A DNA stretch of 64,000 bases from a virus. Lineage: Duplodnaviria; Caudoviricetes. This document shows positions 21,354 to 33,400 of this stretch, in pieces. Both the position numbers and the translations under genes were made by a program. Position 1 is the first letter of the stretch; every line of letters begins with the position of its first letter. The notes beneath the pieces were generated by a model. The model was not told where the DNA came from. It was given only the letters and a program-made list of their open reading frames with translations, and made no database searches. Location of the stretch: IMG/VR virus record IMGVR_UViG_3300020470_000690, positions 1,494 through 65,493 of that record; one strand, written 5' to 3'.

Positions 21354-22853
21354 TTATGCTATTGTCAGAGTACCCATCATTGCTGAGTGAACTTCACACT
21401 GATAAACATATGACGTACCTGCAGATAAAGTATGTGGAACGACATATGTGGTTGTTCCATTTGCATCTGCAGTTACACCATCAGTTACTGCCATTCCACC
21501 AGATGAAACACGTAGCTTAAGTGGATGACTAGCACCAGTAGTATTGTAAAACTTGTAAGTAAATCCTCTATAAAGGATTAAACCAGGATTATCTGTAGAA
21601 GAATTAATCCCAGGACCATTAATGCGATATGCTCCGTCGCTTGGTGCATTAAAGGAATAATATAAAGTAGGAGAATCGCCAACTTCCCATTGACTGTTCT
21701 CTCCATCATAGTAAAGTGATTTACCTTCTATAGTATTCTGAGGCATTAACCTATCAGAAGTAATGCTCAATGTACTTCCTGCCATGGCAGTAGTGATTCC
21801 ATCTGAACCCTGAATGGTTACAGTAGAGTCTGATGCAGCAGCAGTATAAGATCCAGTATTACCAGCGATTGTTTGTACAACATTCTGTACAATATTTGGA
21901 GCATCGTTGGTAATAGTAATAGTATTGGTACTTAAGTTTGTACTGATACTAGCACCACCTGCAATGGTCAAAGTGTCTGTAGTTACAGTAGCAGAAGTGC
22001 TACCATTGTCTGCAGCGAAAGTTTCGAATAGATTTTGATCAGGATCACCAAGTGCTCCTGTCATGTTTATAGTAAGAGTATCGCCAGTAATACTGGTGGA
22101 GATATTAGTACCGCCAGCAACAATGAGAGTGTCGTTAGCAGCGGAAGCAGTTGTTGTGCCAGTGTCGGCGTTGACTGTTTCGAATAGATTCTGTGTAGTA
22201 CCTCCTCCACCTCCAGATCCTTGTTCGTCATTCGCTGGCTCCCATTTTGTAGTACTCGCATTCCACTTTAAAACTTGCCCACCTGAAGGACCACCATTCA
22301 CAGTGGTATCTACATCAGAAAGGATATTAATACTATCATTTACATCAACTAGTTGGATCCAATCAGGATCATGGGAAAAATGTAATTTTCCTGTGTCATG
22401 TGTATGGGCAACCATACCATGATGAGTAGCAGCATTTGGTAGAGCAGCAGCATTTGCATATGGTGCATGCCACTTAAGGTATCCATCATCACCATCAATA
22501 TAAGTTAGTGCCGATCCTGTACCACCAGCCCAAAACTTAATGTCTCCTGTACCAGTCTGCCTAATCGTTATATTATCAGTACCGTCACAAATTAATTGAT
22601 GACCATTCGTATCTAAATTAGCACTTAAAAGATTAAAATCTGCACCTCGGAATGCAGGAGTTGGTGTACTACTCCATTTAAGTACTTGTCCATCCGTTAT
22701 ACCAGCACCAATATCGATATGGATGTCTGTGTTATTACCTAATTTCTGATATAGTTCGTCAAAGTTGGCATTATACTTGATAGCACCGTCCCTCAGGGTG
22801 TCGCCTGTGCCATCATTTGCCGAAGAACCAATACCAACTAGCTGTTTTGCCAT
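21354..22853 (-). CDS. gp9/gp10-like baseplate-anchored fiber with C-terminal cupredoxin-like domain
   Basis: N-terminal MAKQLVGIGSSANDGTGDTLRDGAIKYNANFDELY (T4 gp9/gp10 N-terminal signature); C-terminal HPL...YQCEVHSAMMG. Confidence 0.75.
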   Translation of the reverse strand: MAKQLVGIGSSANDGTGDTLRDGAIKYNANFDELYQKLGNNTDIHIDIGAGITDGQVLKWSSTPTPAFRGADFNLLSANLDTNGHQLICDGTDNITIRQTGTGDIKFWAGGTGSALTYIDGDDGYLKWHAPYANAAALPNAATHHGMVAHTHDTGKLHFSHDPDWIQLVDVNDSINILSDVDTTVNGGPSGGQVLKWNASTTKWEPANDEQGSGGGGGTTQNLFETVNADTGTTTASAANDTLIVAGGTNISTSITGDTLTINMTGALGDPDQNLFETFAADNGSTSATVTTDTLTIAGGASISTNLSTNTITITNDAPNIVQNVVQTIAGNTGSYTAAASDSTVTIQGSDGITTAMAGSTLSITSDRLMPQNTIEGKSLYYDGENSQWEVGDSPTLYYSFNAPSDGAYRINGPGINSSTDNPGLILYRGFTYKFYNTTGASHPLKLRVSSGGMAVTDGVTADANGTTTYVVPHTLSAGTSYVYQCEVHSAMMGTLTIA

Positions 22854-22875
22854 TTTCTTACAGTTTGTACAGTGT

Positions 22876-22882
22876 TATTTAG
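22876..22882 (-). promoter_or_regulatory. Late promoter variant (CTAAATA) overlapping the YHYH gene stop
   Basis: + strand TATTTAG 23 nt before the ATG at 22853. Confidence 0.5.
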
Positions 22883-24477
22883 GTGGCATCGAAGGTGATA
22901 CCAGTAGTATCGAAGGTAGCATTAGTACCATCGAAGTTTTCTGCCTGCTGACCACCGCCACCACCAGTTACGGTGAGGGTAGCAACGTCAGTTGTTAGAG
23001 GAGAGTTTTGTGCAGCAGGTGCACCAATTGGTCCCTCAATTACACACCTGAATTTGTATCCAGACATGTATGCCAATGCAGTGAAGGTGAGACTATTAGC
23101 AGTAGATCCTGTTAGAACAGCGAATGAATATCCACCGTCTGTAGATCTGAACCATTGATAAGTCTTAGGACCATCCTCAGGACTAATAGATGCAGTAACA
23201 GTAAATGTAACTGAGGTATTAGCAGAAACAGTAGCATTAGAAGGTTGAGCACCTATCAGGATAGTAGCAGGTGCAGTTCCACCTCCGTCACCTCCACCAT
23301 CTCCAGCAGGAGCCTGAGCACCATCATTATCTGGTTTGTTGAGGGTTTCACGTGAAGTAGTTCCCATCATATAAGGGAACTGTGGATCTAATGCTCCTTC
23401 ATTACCTTCTTCAGTTGCCAAGAAGTATGCATATGTACCTGTAGGATATTCTGGTGTTACACAGAATCTTCCATTATGGAAATCAAGAATACCAGTACCT
23501 TCTGCATACTCCCAATCCTGCATCAATGATCCAGCAGGAGGGTTAGCAGTAGTATTGCCGTAAGTGGGTCTGCCTGGTGCCTCTTCAGATTTAATCCTAT
23601 ATGAACTACTTGCTAAAACTTTAGATGATGTATTGTCCCAGGGATTACTATAAAGATAAGGTCCATACACAGGGAATCCATCAAATGCAACACCAACTAT
23701 CTTAGAATGTCCGTCAGGATGACGCATATTGTCACCATTAAACTGACTAGAACCATAGTAATCATTATATCCTGCCATTACAGCATTGTTCTGCCAACAC
23801 TCTAGGAAGTGTGTGTCATGGTAGTGATACTGTCCTGTATTCTCTGGGTGTCCACCACATGAGTCATCTCCAAAATCTACAGGAGAATCTTCATAGTGTG
23901 CATTCCACTGAAATCCTGTCGGTGGGTTACCACCTGCTCCAGCACTAGGATTAAAGATTGCTACACCATTAGCAGTAACACCAACAATACCTAAAGGTAC
24001 ATTTGATCTAGCATTTCTTTGATCAAAATACTCTAAAGTACCAGTGTAATTACTTCTACTATAATCTACAATTAACTCAAGATTACTTGATGTCTCTCTC
24101 CAAAACTCACCAGGACTAACAGTCTGACTAGTTCCTTTATATACAAATACTTGCTTCTTTTCATTGGCAGTTTGCTTATCAAAAACAAACAAAACTCTAT
24201 CCCCTACTTGGATCTCACTACCCAATAAAGCATTATCTGCTACAGACAAAGGTACATCTATAAGATAACCATTCTGTGTGAATGAAGGAGTATCAAATGT
24301 ACGAGCAGTACCAAATGTTCCACCTCTGAAATAGAAAGTATGCTCAAAATCCTGCTCTGTTACGGCATTAGGATTATTGTTGTTAGGGAACGTACCATAC
24401 AACACTGGATTGGGGAGTCCATCCCCATCCACTGTGAGCATTTTTGTTCCTGCGTTGTATGATGACGTGGCAGCCAT
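22879..24477 (-). CDS. YHYH-domain protein with C-terminal Ig-like domain
   Basis: PLGIVGVTANGVAIFNP, DSCGGHP...GQYHYH, HSKIVGVAFDGFPVYGPY, LDFHNGRFCVTPEYP; Ig-like QPSNATV...TYQWFRS...FRCVI. Confidence 0.88.
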   Translation of the reverse strand: MAATSSYNAGTKMLTVDGDGLPNPVLYGTFPNNNNPNAVTEQDFEHTFYFRGGTFGTARTFDTPSFTQNGYLIDVPLSVADNALLGSEIQVGDRVLFVFDKQTANEKKQVFVYKGTSQTVSPGEFWRETSSNLELIVDYSRSNYTGTLEYFDQRNARSNVPLGIVGVTANGVAIFNPSAGAGGNPPTGFQWNAHYEDSPVDFGDDSCGGHPENTGQYHYHDTHFLECWQNNAVMAGYNDYYGSSQFNGDNMRHPDGHSKIVGVAFDGFPVYGPYLYSNPWDNTSSKVLASSSYRIKSEEAPGRPTYGNTTANPPAGSLMQDWEYAEGTGILDFHNGRFCVTPEYPTGTYAYFLATEEGNEGALDPQFPYMMGTTSRETLNKPDNDGAQAPAGDGGGDGGGTAPATILIGAQPSNATVSANTSVTFTVTASISPEDGPKTYQWFRSTDGGYSFAVLTGSTANSLTFTALAYMSGYKFRCVIEGPIGAPAAQNSPLTTDVATLTVTGGGGGQQAENFDGTNATFDTTGITFDAT

Positions 24478-24487
24478 AGTTTCTAAT

Positions 24488-24494
24488 TATTTAT
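24488..24494 (-). promoter_or_regulatory. Late promoter (ATAAATA) overlapping the gp7 stop, upstream of the YHYH gene
   Basis: + strand TATTTAT 11 nt before the ATG at 24477. Confidence 0.55.
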
Positions 24495-27400
24495 TGGAAT
24501 ATTTGAGTTGGTGAGAAGTTAGAAATAACTGTTGCACCAGTCTGTACCGAGAGGATTACAGAGTTAGAGTAAACAGGTGAAGCACCAGCAGCGGTTATTG
24601 CTACACGGAACTCATCACCATCATCTGCCTGTTCAGCAGAAGCAGTAGTGTAAACACTATTTGTAGCACCTGTTATGTTTGCCCATGTGGTCTCACCATA
24701 CTGCTTACGCTGCCACTGGTAGTTCAGAGGAGTAGTTCCTACAGAACCATCAGATGAAAGATTAAACGTAGCGAGTACGGTAAATGCAGCCATTTGACCT
24801 TGGTTAACGGTTACGTTGGATGGTTGGGCAGTGATAGTTATATAACCATCAACAATTACAATTGGGTTACCATCAGAGTCAGTACCCTCACCTGCGTAAG
24901 TATCATAACCACCGTTCATGGCAGGACCTTCAGGTGGAGTCCAATCATCCTCAACAGTGTTGTGGATGGTGACTTCTGGTTGTGCATAACCAACACCAGC
25001 AGTCTTAACATCAATCCTCAAGAGACCCATCAACGCACGTATGCGTCCATCAAATCCAGAAGATGATATGACATCAACGTTTGGACGTGAAGTATAACCA
25101 TCACCAGGAGAGGTGATAATTGCTGTTGTCATCTCACCAGAGGTTATCTCAGCAAGTGCTTCAGCACCACGACCCTTAACAGTTCCTGTGTACTCGAAGG
25201 TGATCAAAGAATTAGAAGACTCAATCAAAGCAACTTCACGATTCTCTCCTTCTCCATCGATTTGTAGGAGGTCACCTGCCTCAATCGGAGGTACGACTGT
25301 AGCAGCAATAACGTCTGCGTCAGAACCAATGTAGGAGAAAGCAACGAATGTTGATCCTGCACGAGGAACTTCAGCGAAGATAATACGTGAACCAACTAGT
25401 TCATAACCAACTCCAGGTTCCTGAATAACACCGTTTAGAGAAACAATAATGTTGTTCTCAGGAAGTATAGTACTAGAGCTAACACCTTCAGTTAGGGTTA
25501 GTGAGTAGAATCCACCTGCGTAACGTAAGTTAAAGGATGAACGTAAGGAATCAAACTCGAAGGATATATCATCCAACTGTCTAAGTTTACCAACGTAGTA
25601 TCCGATAAACTCAGAACCGATTGTTGGAGGTTCAGTGAACTGGATCTGATCAGAGAATGCTGTGTATGCTTGTGTACCACCTGGAGGTTGTAGAACACCA
25701 TTAGTGAATACCAATAGGTGTCCAGCAGGATCTGGGAAGTATGCTTCTCCGTTATTTGTAGTAAGTTTAAAGGATGTTTGTGAACCATCAAATCCTCTGA
25801 AGAACCTATCACAACGTCCAACAAGACCCTTAGATTGGGTGACACCAGCATACCAACCAGCATCAGACTTAATTGTAATATTGCTTGGGAAGTCTCCAAC
25901 AACATCTTCCAACCAAATTCTACCTGAATCACCAGTAACTGATTTACCAGAGACCTTACCATAAGAATTGTAGTTAGTGACTGTTACACTACTCATCTCA
26001 GCGAGGATAATTGGGAAGTTATTGAGGTTCTCAAACTTACCAATTGCAGTACCACCAGCGGCTAAATCCTGAGGATCAGGTGTAACTACCTCACCTTGAG
26101 AGTTAGTTCCATATGGTCTAAGGTTTGCAATCCAAATCTTATGTGGGATGTTAGGAGTAACACTATCATCAAATGCTTGATACTTAGTGACAACAGCAGT
26201 CCAACCTGGTTCCTTAATAGTAGTACCTGCGAGGAGGTAAACTACATCACCAGCAGTAAAGTTTCCTGCATACCCACCATCACGGATGATGTTATTTACA
26301 TCACATTCTATCTGTGATTCTGCATGTACATACTGGTTAAGAGTTAACTCTTCGAATCCAGTAGCAGTAATGTATGCTATATCAAGAATCTTATCAGTGA
26401 TAGAACCGTAGATAACGTCACCATCAACAAAGTCATCTGCGATGGTTTCGATATCAATCGTAATACGTCCACCACTATTACCTACAAGAGAACCAGCAGA
26501 GTTTTCGTACTTAACAATATCTGCCTCAGCACTATTTCCTTTGTTAAAGACCTTCTCATCTTGCTTAAATGCACCTCTAGAGGTGTTAATTAACATACGC
26601 TCAACACTAGTACCATTAACAGTATTAGTCTGACCACTATCTACACCCTCTAAAACATCATTGTCAGAGAATGATCCAGTCATATCCTCAACGTAGATCC
26701 AACCTTCGTCTCCACCATCACCAGTTAGAACAGAAGTCTGAACAATAGTACCATTGTTAGATGTAGAACCCTGTACTTGTACAGTTTCACCATTGGTAAA
26801 TCTACCAGATGCTGCGTCTACATTAAACTTCTTATAGAGTTTAACAATATTTGCTTCATTGTTCATTGTGCGAACAACTTCAGCAGAAGCATTAGAAGTA
26901 GATCCAACCAAATAATCAGCAGTGTTAAATCCAGCACTAATTGGTTGATTGTTATCTCTTACAGGAGCAACCATTGCTGGCATATTAATACCAGTACGTA
27001 CAACTGTCTGTAATCTTTGCTGACCTGTTAAATTTTTATCTAGTGCAAACTGTCTATATCTTGCATCATGACGCTTCTCACGAGTAATCTCAAAGAAGTC
27101 TGCCTCAGCATTAAGAACATAGTAGTATGTCTGATCCTGTAAATTAGGATCTAGATCCTGAGAAGCAGGAATATATGCAAGAACATCACCACGTGAGAAG
27201 AAGTTAGGCTTATGTATTGTTACAGTATTCTCTCTTCTCTCAAATCCAACCTCAATAGTTGGAGTTAATAGAATCAATTCTGGATCAGTGTTATAATCTT
27301 CACCTTCATCATATAGATTAGTCACATTAGTGATATCAGCACTATTGGTATAATCAATCTTATTAGTCGAAGGTGCTTGAGATCTATTCAGTGCATGATA

Positions 27401-30400
27401 TGCAAGGTTAATAGAACTATCAATTGTAAATTCTGTAGATTCTTTCTCATACTCAAATCTATTAGAAATAGCAGCAGTATTAGATGGTTCTAGATATAGA
27501 TCATATCCTGCCCACTGTGCATCATTGTTGTAGTCATATAAACCACGTTTAACATACTCACGTATACGTGTAACATAGAAGAGTAAGTGCTGTCTAACGA
27601 TATTCTCGAATGCTATGAAGTTACCTTCACCATCAAACCAAGAGTTAACCAACTTCAGCATACCTTGGTTACCACCTGTATTCAGGTCATACATCAAAGC
27701 AGTTACCATATTCTCAGCAAATGTTATATCTGCTGTAGTATCTGGATGGTTATTTTGAGTTCTCTCAAATGCCTTAGCAGTAATAGCATGATAATTAAAG
27801 AGTATATGACGTGCACAATGCTTATCGGATACTGAACCACCACCAATCGTAGTCAACAGTACATCAAAGAGTGTATCAACTGCTGATGTTACGTTATAGC
27901 ATGTATATAATTGATAATTATTGTTAAATCTCCATGGGAGTTCACGTTCTACAGCATCCAAGTGACTACCACCACCACCAGATGCTAGAGATATGGTTTG
28001 GATAACAATATCCATCAATCCTTCGATCTTATCTGCAACACCAACACAAGTAGTATTCCAATCACCATTCATAGCACCATTCTGATCGAAGGTGATACTA
28101 ACATCACGCATTACCATATCTGGAGCGTACTTAACTGGCCAAATATTTGGTAGAGTCTTACTAATAGTACCATCAGTTAGACTTGCAGGTGTAGCAATAG
28201 CATCAGTATACAGACCCATCAAAGATGTAATAGCAGATGCTACGTCAGCACACTTAGGATTATTAGTATCAGCAGTGATTACAAAATCACCAGAATTGTA
28301 AGGATAGAAGTCAAGATCAGCATAGAACTTCTGAGCGAAGGTATGACCACCTCTAGGATATGTCTTCTGAGCAGTATTACCATCCCTTGTACATGTGAAT
28401 GTAAAGGAGTTAGGTGCTAACTTACAAGTCGTTCCTGTTGACAATCCATGTGCACCAATTGTTAATGCTAGATATCCAGTTGCAGGATCGTAAGTAGCAT
28501 TAGTTGGAGTATATGTAACGATAGGTGAGTTACCAATATCGATAGTAATAGTACTACCAGACTTACCAACAATAGGAACAGGTCTATCGAATGCTGGATC
28601 CTTAGCACGAGGATATGTGTGGTTAGTAGAATAGTTATCCTGTTGACATGTGAATGTCAAAGAATTAGGTCTAACCATGACAGATTCACCTGCTTTATCA
28701 ACACAACCAGTAGCAATGCTAACCAGTGTATGAGTTGTTGTGTTGGTAGAAGGAACTGTATCTAATACCTGTACATCAAATGTATTTGCTGTGCAATTGG
28801 AAATTGTTAACCACTTACCAGATGCAGGGTCAGTAACTCTTGGATATGAATAGTTTCCACCACCCTGAGTACATGAGAATGTTAATCCACCATCAGCAAT
28901 CTTAACGTATTCGCCATTAGCAAATCCATGACCATTGATAGTAAGTGTAACGATACCTGTAGTGGGGTTGTAAGCGGCATCAGTAGGTGTTAAACCAAGT
29001 GTAGGACCTTGGAGACTATTAGACCCAATATCAAGTGCTAGGTTACCTGTACCAGCATCATAGGTAGCGTTGGTTACGTTAAAGTTAACCTCAGGAGTAG
29101 TTCCTATGTTAGCAGTAATCGTATCTGTTGTGTTAGAAATTATAGTTAACGTTGTTCCTGAAGCAGGATCAGTTGATCTTGGATATCCATGAGTAGTTGT
29201 ATTACCATCAAATTCACAAGAGAACTGTATTGCGTTGTTATCAAGTGTGAATGTATTGATATTAGCTTGCAATCCATGAGCAGAACCGAAGGTCAATGTT
29301 AGGTGACCAGTTAGAGGATCGTAGGTAGCATTTGTTGGTGTTAACTGAGATCCACCAGTTACATTAACTGAGTTAGATGCAGCAGATACAAATGTGTGTT
29401 CATAGTTACCACCAGTTACCAATGCACGGTCTGTAGCAGATACAAACTTATGAGCATAGTTACCACCAGTGATCAAGGCACCAGAAGCAGCACTTACAAA
29501 CGTATGAGCATATTGATCATTAGGACCAGAAGCACCGATATCAAGTGTAACTATACCTGCAGGATCCTGTCTCTTAATACCATTAGTGACAGCAGATACA
29601 AACTCATGAGTATAGTCACCACCTGTATGTACAGCACCTGTAGATGCAGATACAAATGAGTGAGCATAGTAACCACCACTTATCAGAGCACCAGAATCGG
29701 CAGACTTAAATCCATGCCATGAGGTGTTAGATGAAGTACCAACATTCATTGTAATCCATCCGTTCTGTTTCTGTATAACACCTCTGTGGATGCTATTAGC
29801 AAGAGCAGACTGGAATACGTGTGTAGTAGTATTAGTGGAAGGAATCTTCTGTAGTAACTGTACACTGAATGTGTTAGTAGTTACATCAGAAACTGGAATA
29901 TAGTTGTTATGTGCCCAGTCACGTTGTTGTGAAAGACCATTAGCGTCAGCAGATACAAAGTTGTGTGTATATGTACCACCAGATGTAACTGCATTAGCAG
30001 CAGCAGAAACGAATGTATGTGATGTAGTGTTAGCAGAAGTACCAACCCATACGCTGATTGTAGTATCTGTAACAGCAACAATCTTAGCAGCACCGTTATA
30101 TACTGGATCAGCACCACCAGCGGCATTTGCAGCTGCTCTTGGATATGTGTGGTTGGTAGCATTGCTGTCCTTATTACATGTGAAAGTAATAGAGTTTGCA
30201 GCAATTCTTACAGAGTCACCAGATGTCTGGATGCAGTTAGCAGCAGCACTTACAAAGGTATGAGGATTAGTATTAGTAGAAGGTGCAGTAGTTAGAACTT
30301 TAACATCGATGTAATCTGTTCCTGCTTCTCTAATCTCCATCCAACGACCACTGAAGGGGTCTCTAGTTTGGATACCATTAGATGTAGCAGATACGAATAC

Positions 30401-33400
30401 GTGAGTAGAAGTATTAGACTGAGGTATTGAGTTTAGAACTTGTACATCAAATCCACTAGCAGTAGCATTAGAGATCTGTACCCACTTACCGCTCATTGGG
30501 TCATCTGCCCTAGGATAAGAATGGTTAGTTTGATCTCCGTCTAGACCACAAGTAAATGTCAAGGAGTTGTCAGCAAACTTAACCCAATCTCCATTGGTTA
30601 GGTTATGTGCAGCAGTGGTATTGATATGTAAAATACCTGTCTGTGGATCATGTGTAGTACCAGTAGTTGCTGTGTGACTAATAGTAGAAGGTCTTGGATA
30701 TGTCTTCTGTGCACTACCACCATCTAATGTACATGTAAATGTCAGTGCATTATCAGCAATCTTAATATGCTCACCTTGTGTCAGAGTATGACCAGCAATG
30801 GTCAATCTCATGATACCTGTTGTTGGATTATAGTCAGCGTTGGTAGGTGTTAAAGTTTCACCTGCACGGAAACTATGAGCACCAATAGTCAAGTCCATAA
30901 CACCTGTTACTGGTGAGTAAGCAGCAGCAGTAGGAGTCCATTGCTTCTCTATTGACTGACCAACATGAACTTGGAATGTATTTGTTTGTGTATTAAATAC
31001 AGGGATCCACTTATCAGCAACAGGATCATCATGTCTTGGATAAGCATGAGTTGTATCATAATTATCCATCGAGCAAGTAAACTTGATCGACTCAGGTGCA
31101 AACTTAACCATTGCACCATCACCAAATCCATGGTTAGCAACAGTACATTCCATAATACCAGCAGCAGCATCATATGTTGCAGCAGTAATAGTAAATGTAT
31201 CAGTAATATTTCTTGGATATGCGTGGTCTGAACCCTGACTATCTTCACCACATCTAAAGGTTACAGCACCGTCTTCGATCCAAATGGTATCACCATTCTG
31301 CATACCGTGATCGTTAACGGTAAGAGTCATCTTACCAGTATTAGGATCGTAAGCAGCGTTAGTAGGTGTTAGATCAGTAGCAGCAGCAAAGGTGTGAGCA
31401 TAGTTATCGTTAGGACCAGATACTCCGACTTGGATATCAAATGTATCTGTACCTGCATTAAGTACAGGTAACCACTCATCATAAACTGGGTCAGATGTTC
31501 TAGGATATGAGTGCTTAGTAGCATTACCATCTTTAGTGCACTTAAAGTCAATAGCCTCAGTACATACCCTAACGTAATCACCAGCATGAGTCAGGCAGTT
31601 AGTTACTGCATTGACAAATGTATGCTCAGTCTGGTTGGAAGATACACCAACATTAACATCAAATGTATTCTGAGTTACATTAGTAACATGTAACCACTTA
31701 TCATATGCATAGTCTTCTCCACCAGGAGCAGAAGAGTTGTATGCTCTAGGATAAGCATGGTTGGTTGTATGACCATCCATACCACATGTGAATACTAATC
31801 CAAATTGATTAATCTTAACTCTGTCATCATTCTGGAATCCATGGTTAGCAAGACTAATAGTCATTACACCAGTAGCAGGTGCATATGCAGCAGCAGTTGG
31901 AGTATGAGTAGTCTGTGCTTTAAATCCATGACTAGGAATAGTCAATGTCATAACACCTGTTGTAGGTGTATATGCAGCATTGGTTATATCATAGGTGTCT
32001 AAACCAATCTTATCGATTGTTATAGCAGTATTATATCCTGCATCAGGACCACTAGGACCAGAAGCACGAGGATATGCATGGTCAGTCGCATGACTGTCCA
32101 TTGCACAAGTAAAGGTTAATGCATTAGTACCTAACTTAACAGTCTCTCCTGCTCTGAAGGTATGTGCACCGATGTTGATATCAAGAACACCAGTATTAGG
32201 AACAAACTTAGCATCATGTACATCAAAGTTTGTAATACCAGTAGTACCAACGTTAACAGTAACAGTAGTATCAGTTACACCTACAATCTCAATTGGCTCG
32301 TCATGTACTGGGTCTGTAATTCTTGGATAGGTGTGATTAGTAGCACCATTATCCATCGCACAAGTAAATGTGAGTGAATTAGGTTCGATTTTTAGGTTAG
32401 TTCCAACCTTGAGGTCGTGAACTCCCACAGTCATTATGAGGTTACCAGTGTTCGGCTCGTAACTAATTGCTGTGGGAGTAAATTTCTTGATCCTTGAGAC
32501 ACCAACATTGACTGTGAATGTGTCAGTTGTCTTAGAAATTATAGGCAACCACTGATTACTTGTCTGATCTGTAGTCCTAGGATAGGTGTGATTGCTGTAA
32601 TGATTGTCCATTGAGCAAGTAAATGTCAATGAATTATCAGCAATATTGATCTTATTTCCTATATCAAATCCATGTCCAGCAACTGTTAGAGTCAATAAAC
32701 CAGTACCAGCATCATAAGAAGCATCAGTAGCAGTGTGCTGAGTAGAGGCAACAGATACAATAGGTATAGCAGTGTCAAATGCAGGGTCTCTACCATAGTT
32801 AAGTGCAAGAGACTCATTCCTCATCACCTGGATGGCGAGATCTCTGGCATAATTAGTGATCCAAGTTGCTTCAGTGTTATGTGTTAGACCTTCATTGACA
32901 TAGTATTCAGCAGCATGGAAGACCTTGTTGTTACCACCATGACGGAGGTTCCAGCACATAGCATCCAAGAAGTCAGTTAAGTCATGGACACAATTGATGT
33001 TACCACCAGGAATGTTAAGTGAAGGATATTGTACTAAAGCAGCAGCAATAGACTCTTCAGCAATCAAACGAATGTTTCTTTCGATGATATCAGCAGCGTT
33101 AATGAATCTGTCCTTAACAGCATTACGCTCATAGGACTCAACATCAACCTTATCAAGAGACTCATCACCACCTGCAGGTGTAGTATCATCGTCAGCTGCA
33201 GGATCTGGGTCAAAGATATAGAGATTCTCACGACCAAATGCATTACGCATGGTCATTATTGCCATTTCAGTAGTAAGTTTAAGGACACTGATAGCAGCAG
33301 CATCTTCACCAGGTGCTACACCGACATTAACTGTGATATTACCAGTCTGTCTCTTCAGTCCATTGGTCGCAAATGACACAAATGTGTGAGCATTTGTATT

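Noticed and set aside
29360-29720. ~54-nt periodic DNA repeats (GCAGATACAAA...GCATAGTTACCACC) resembling a CRISPR array
   Set aside because: They are degenerate, in frame and encode the stacked GGxYxHxFVSA closing strands of gp7; there are no identical repeats with unique spacers and no cas genes.
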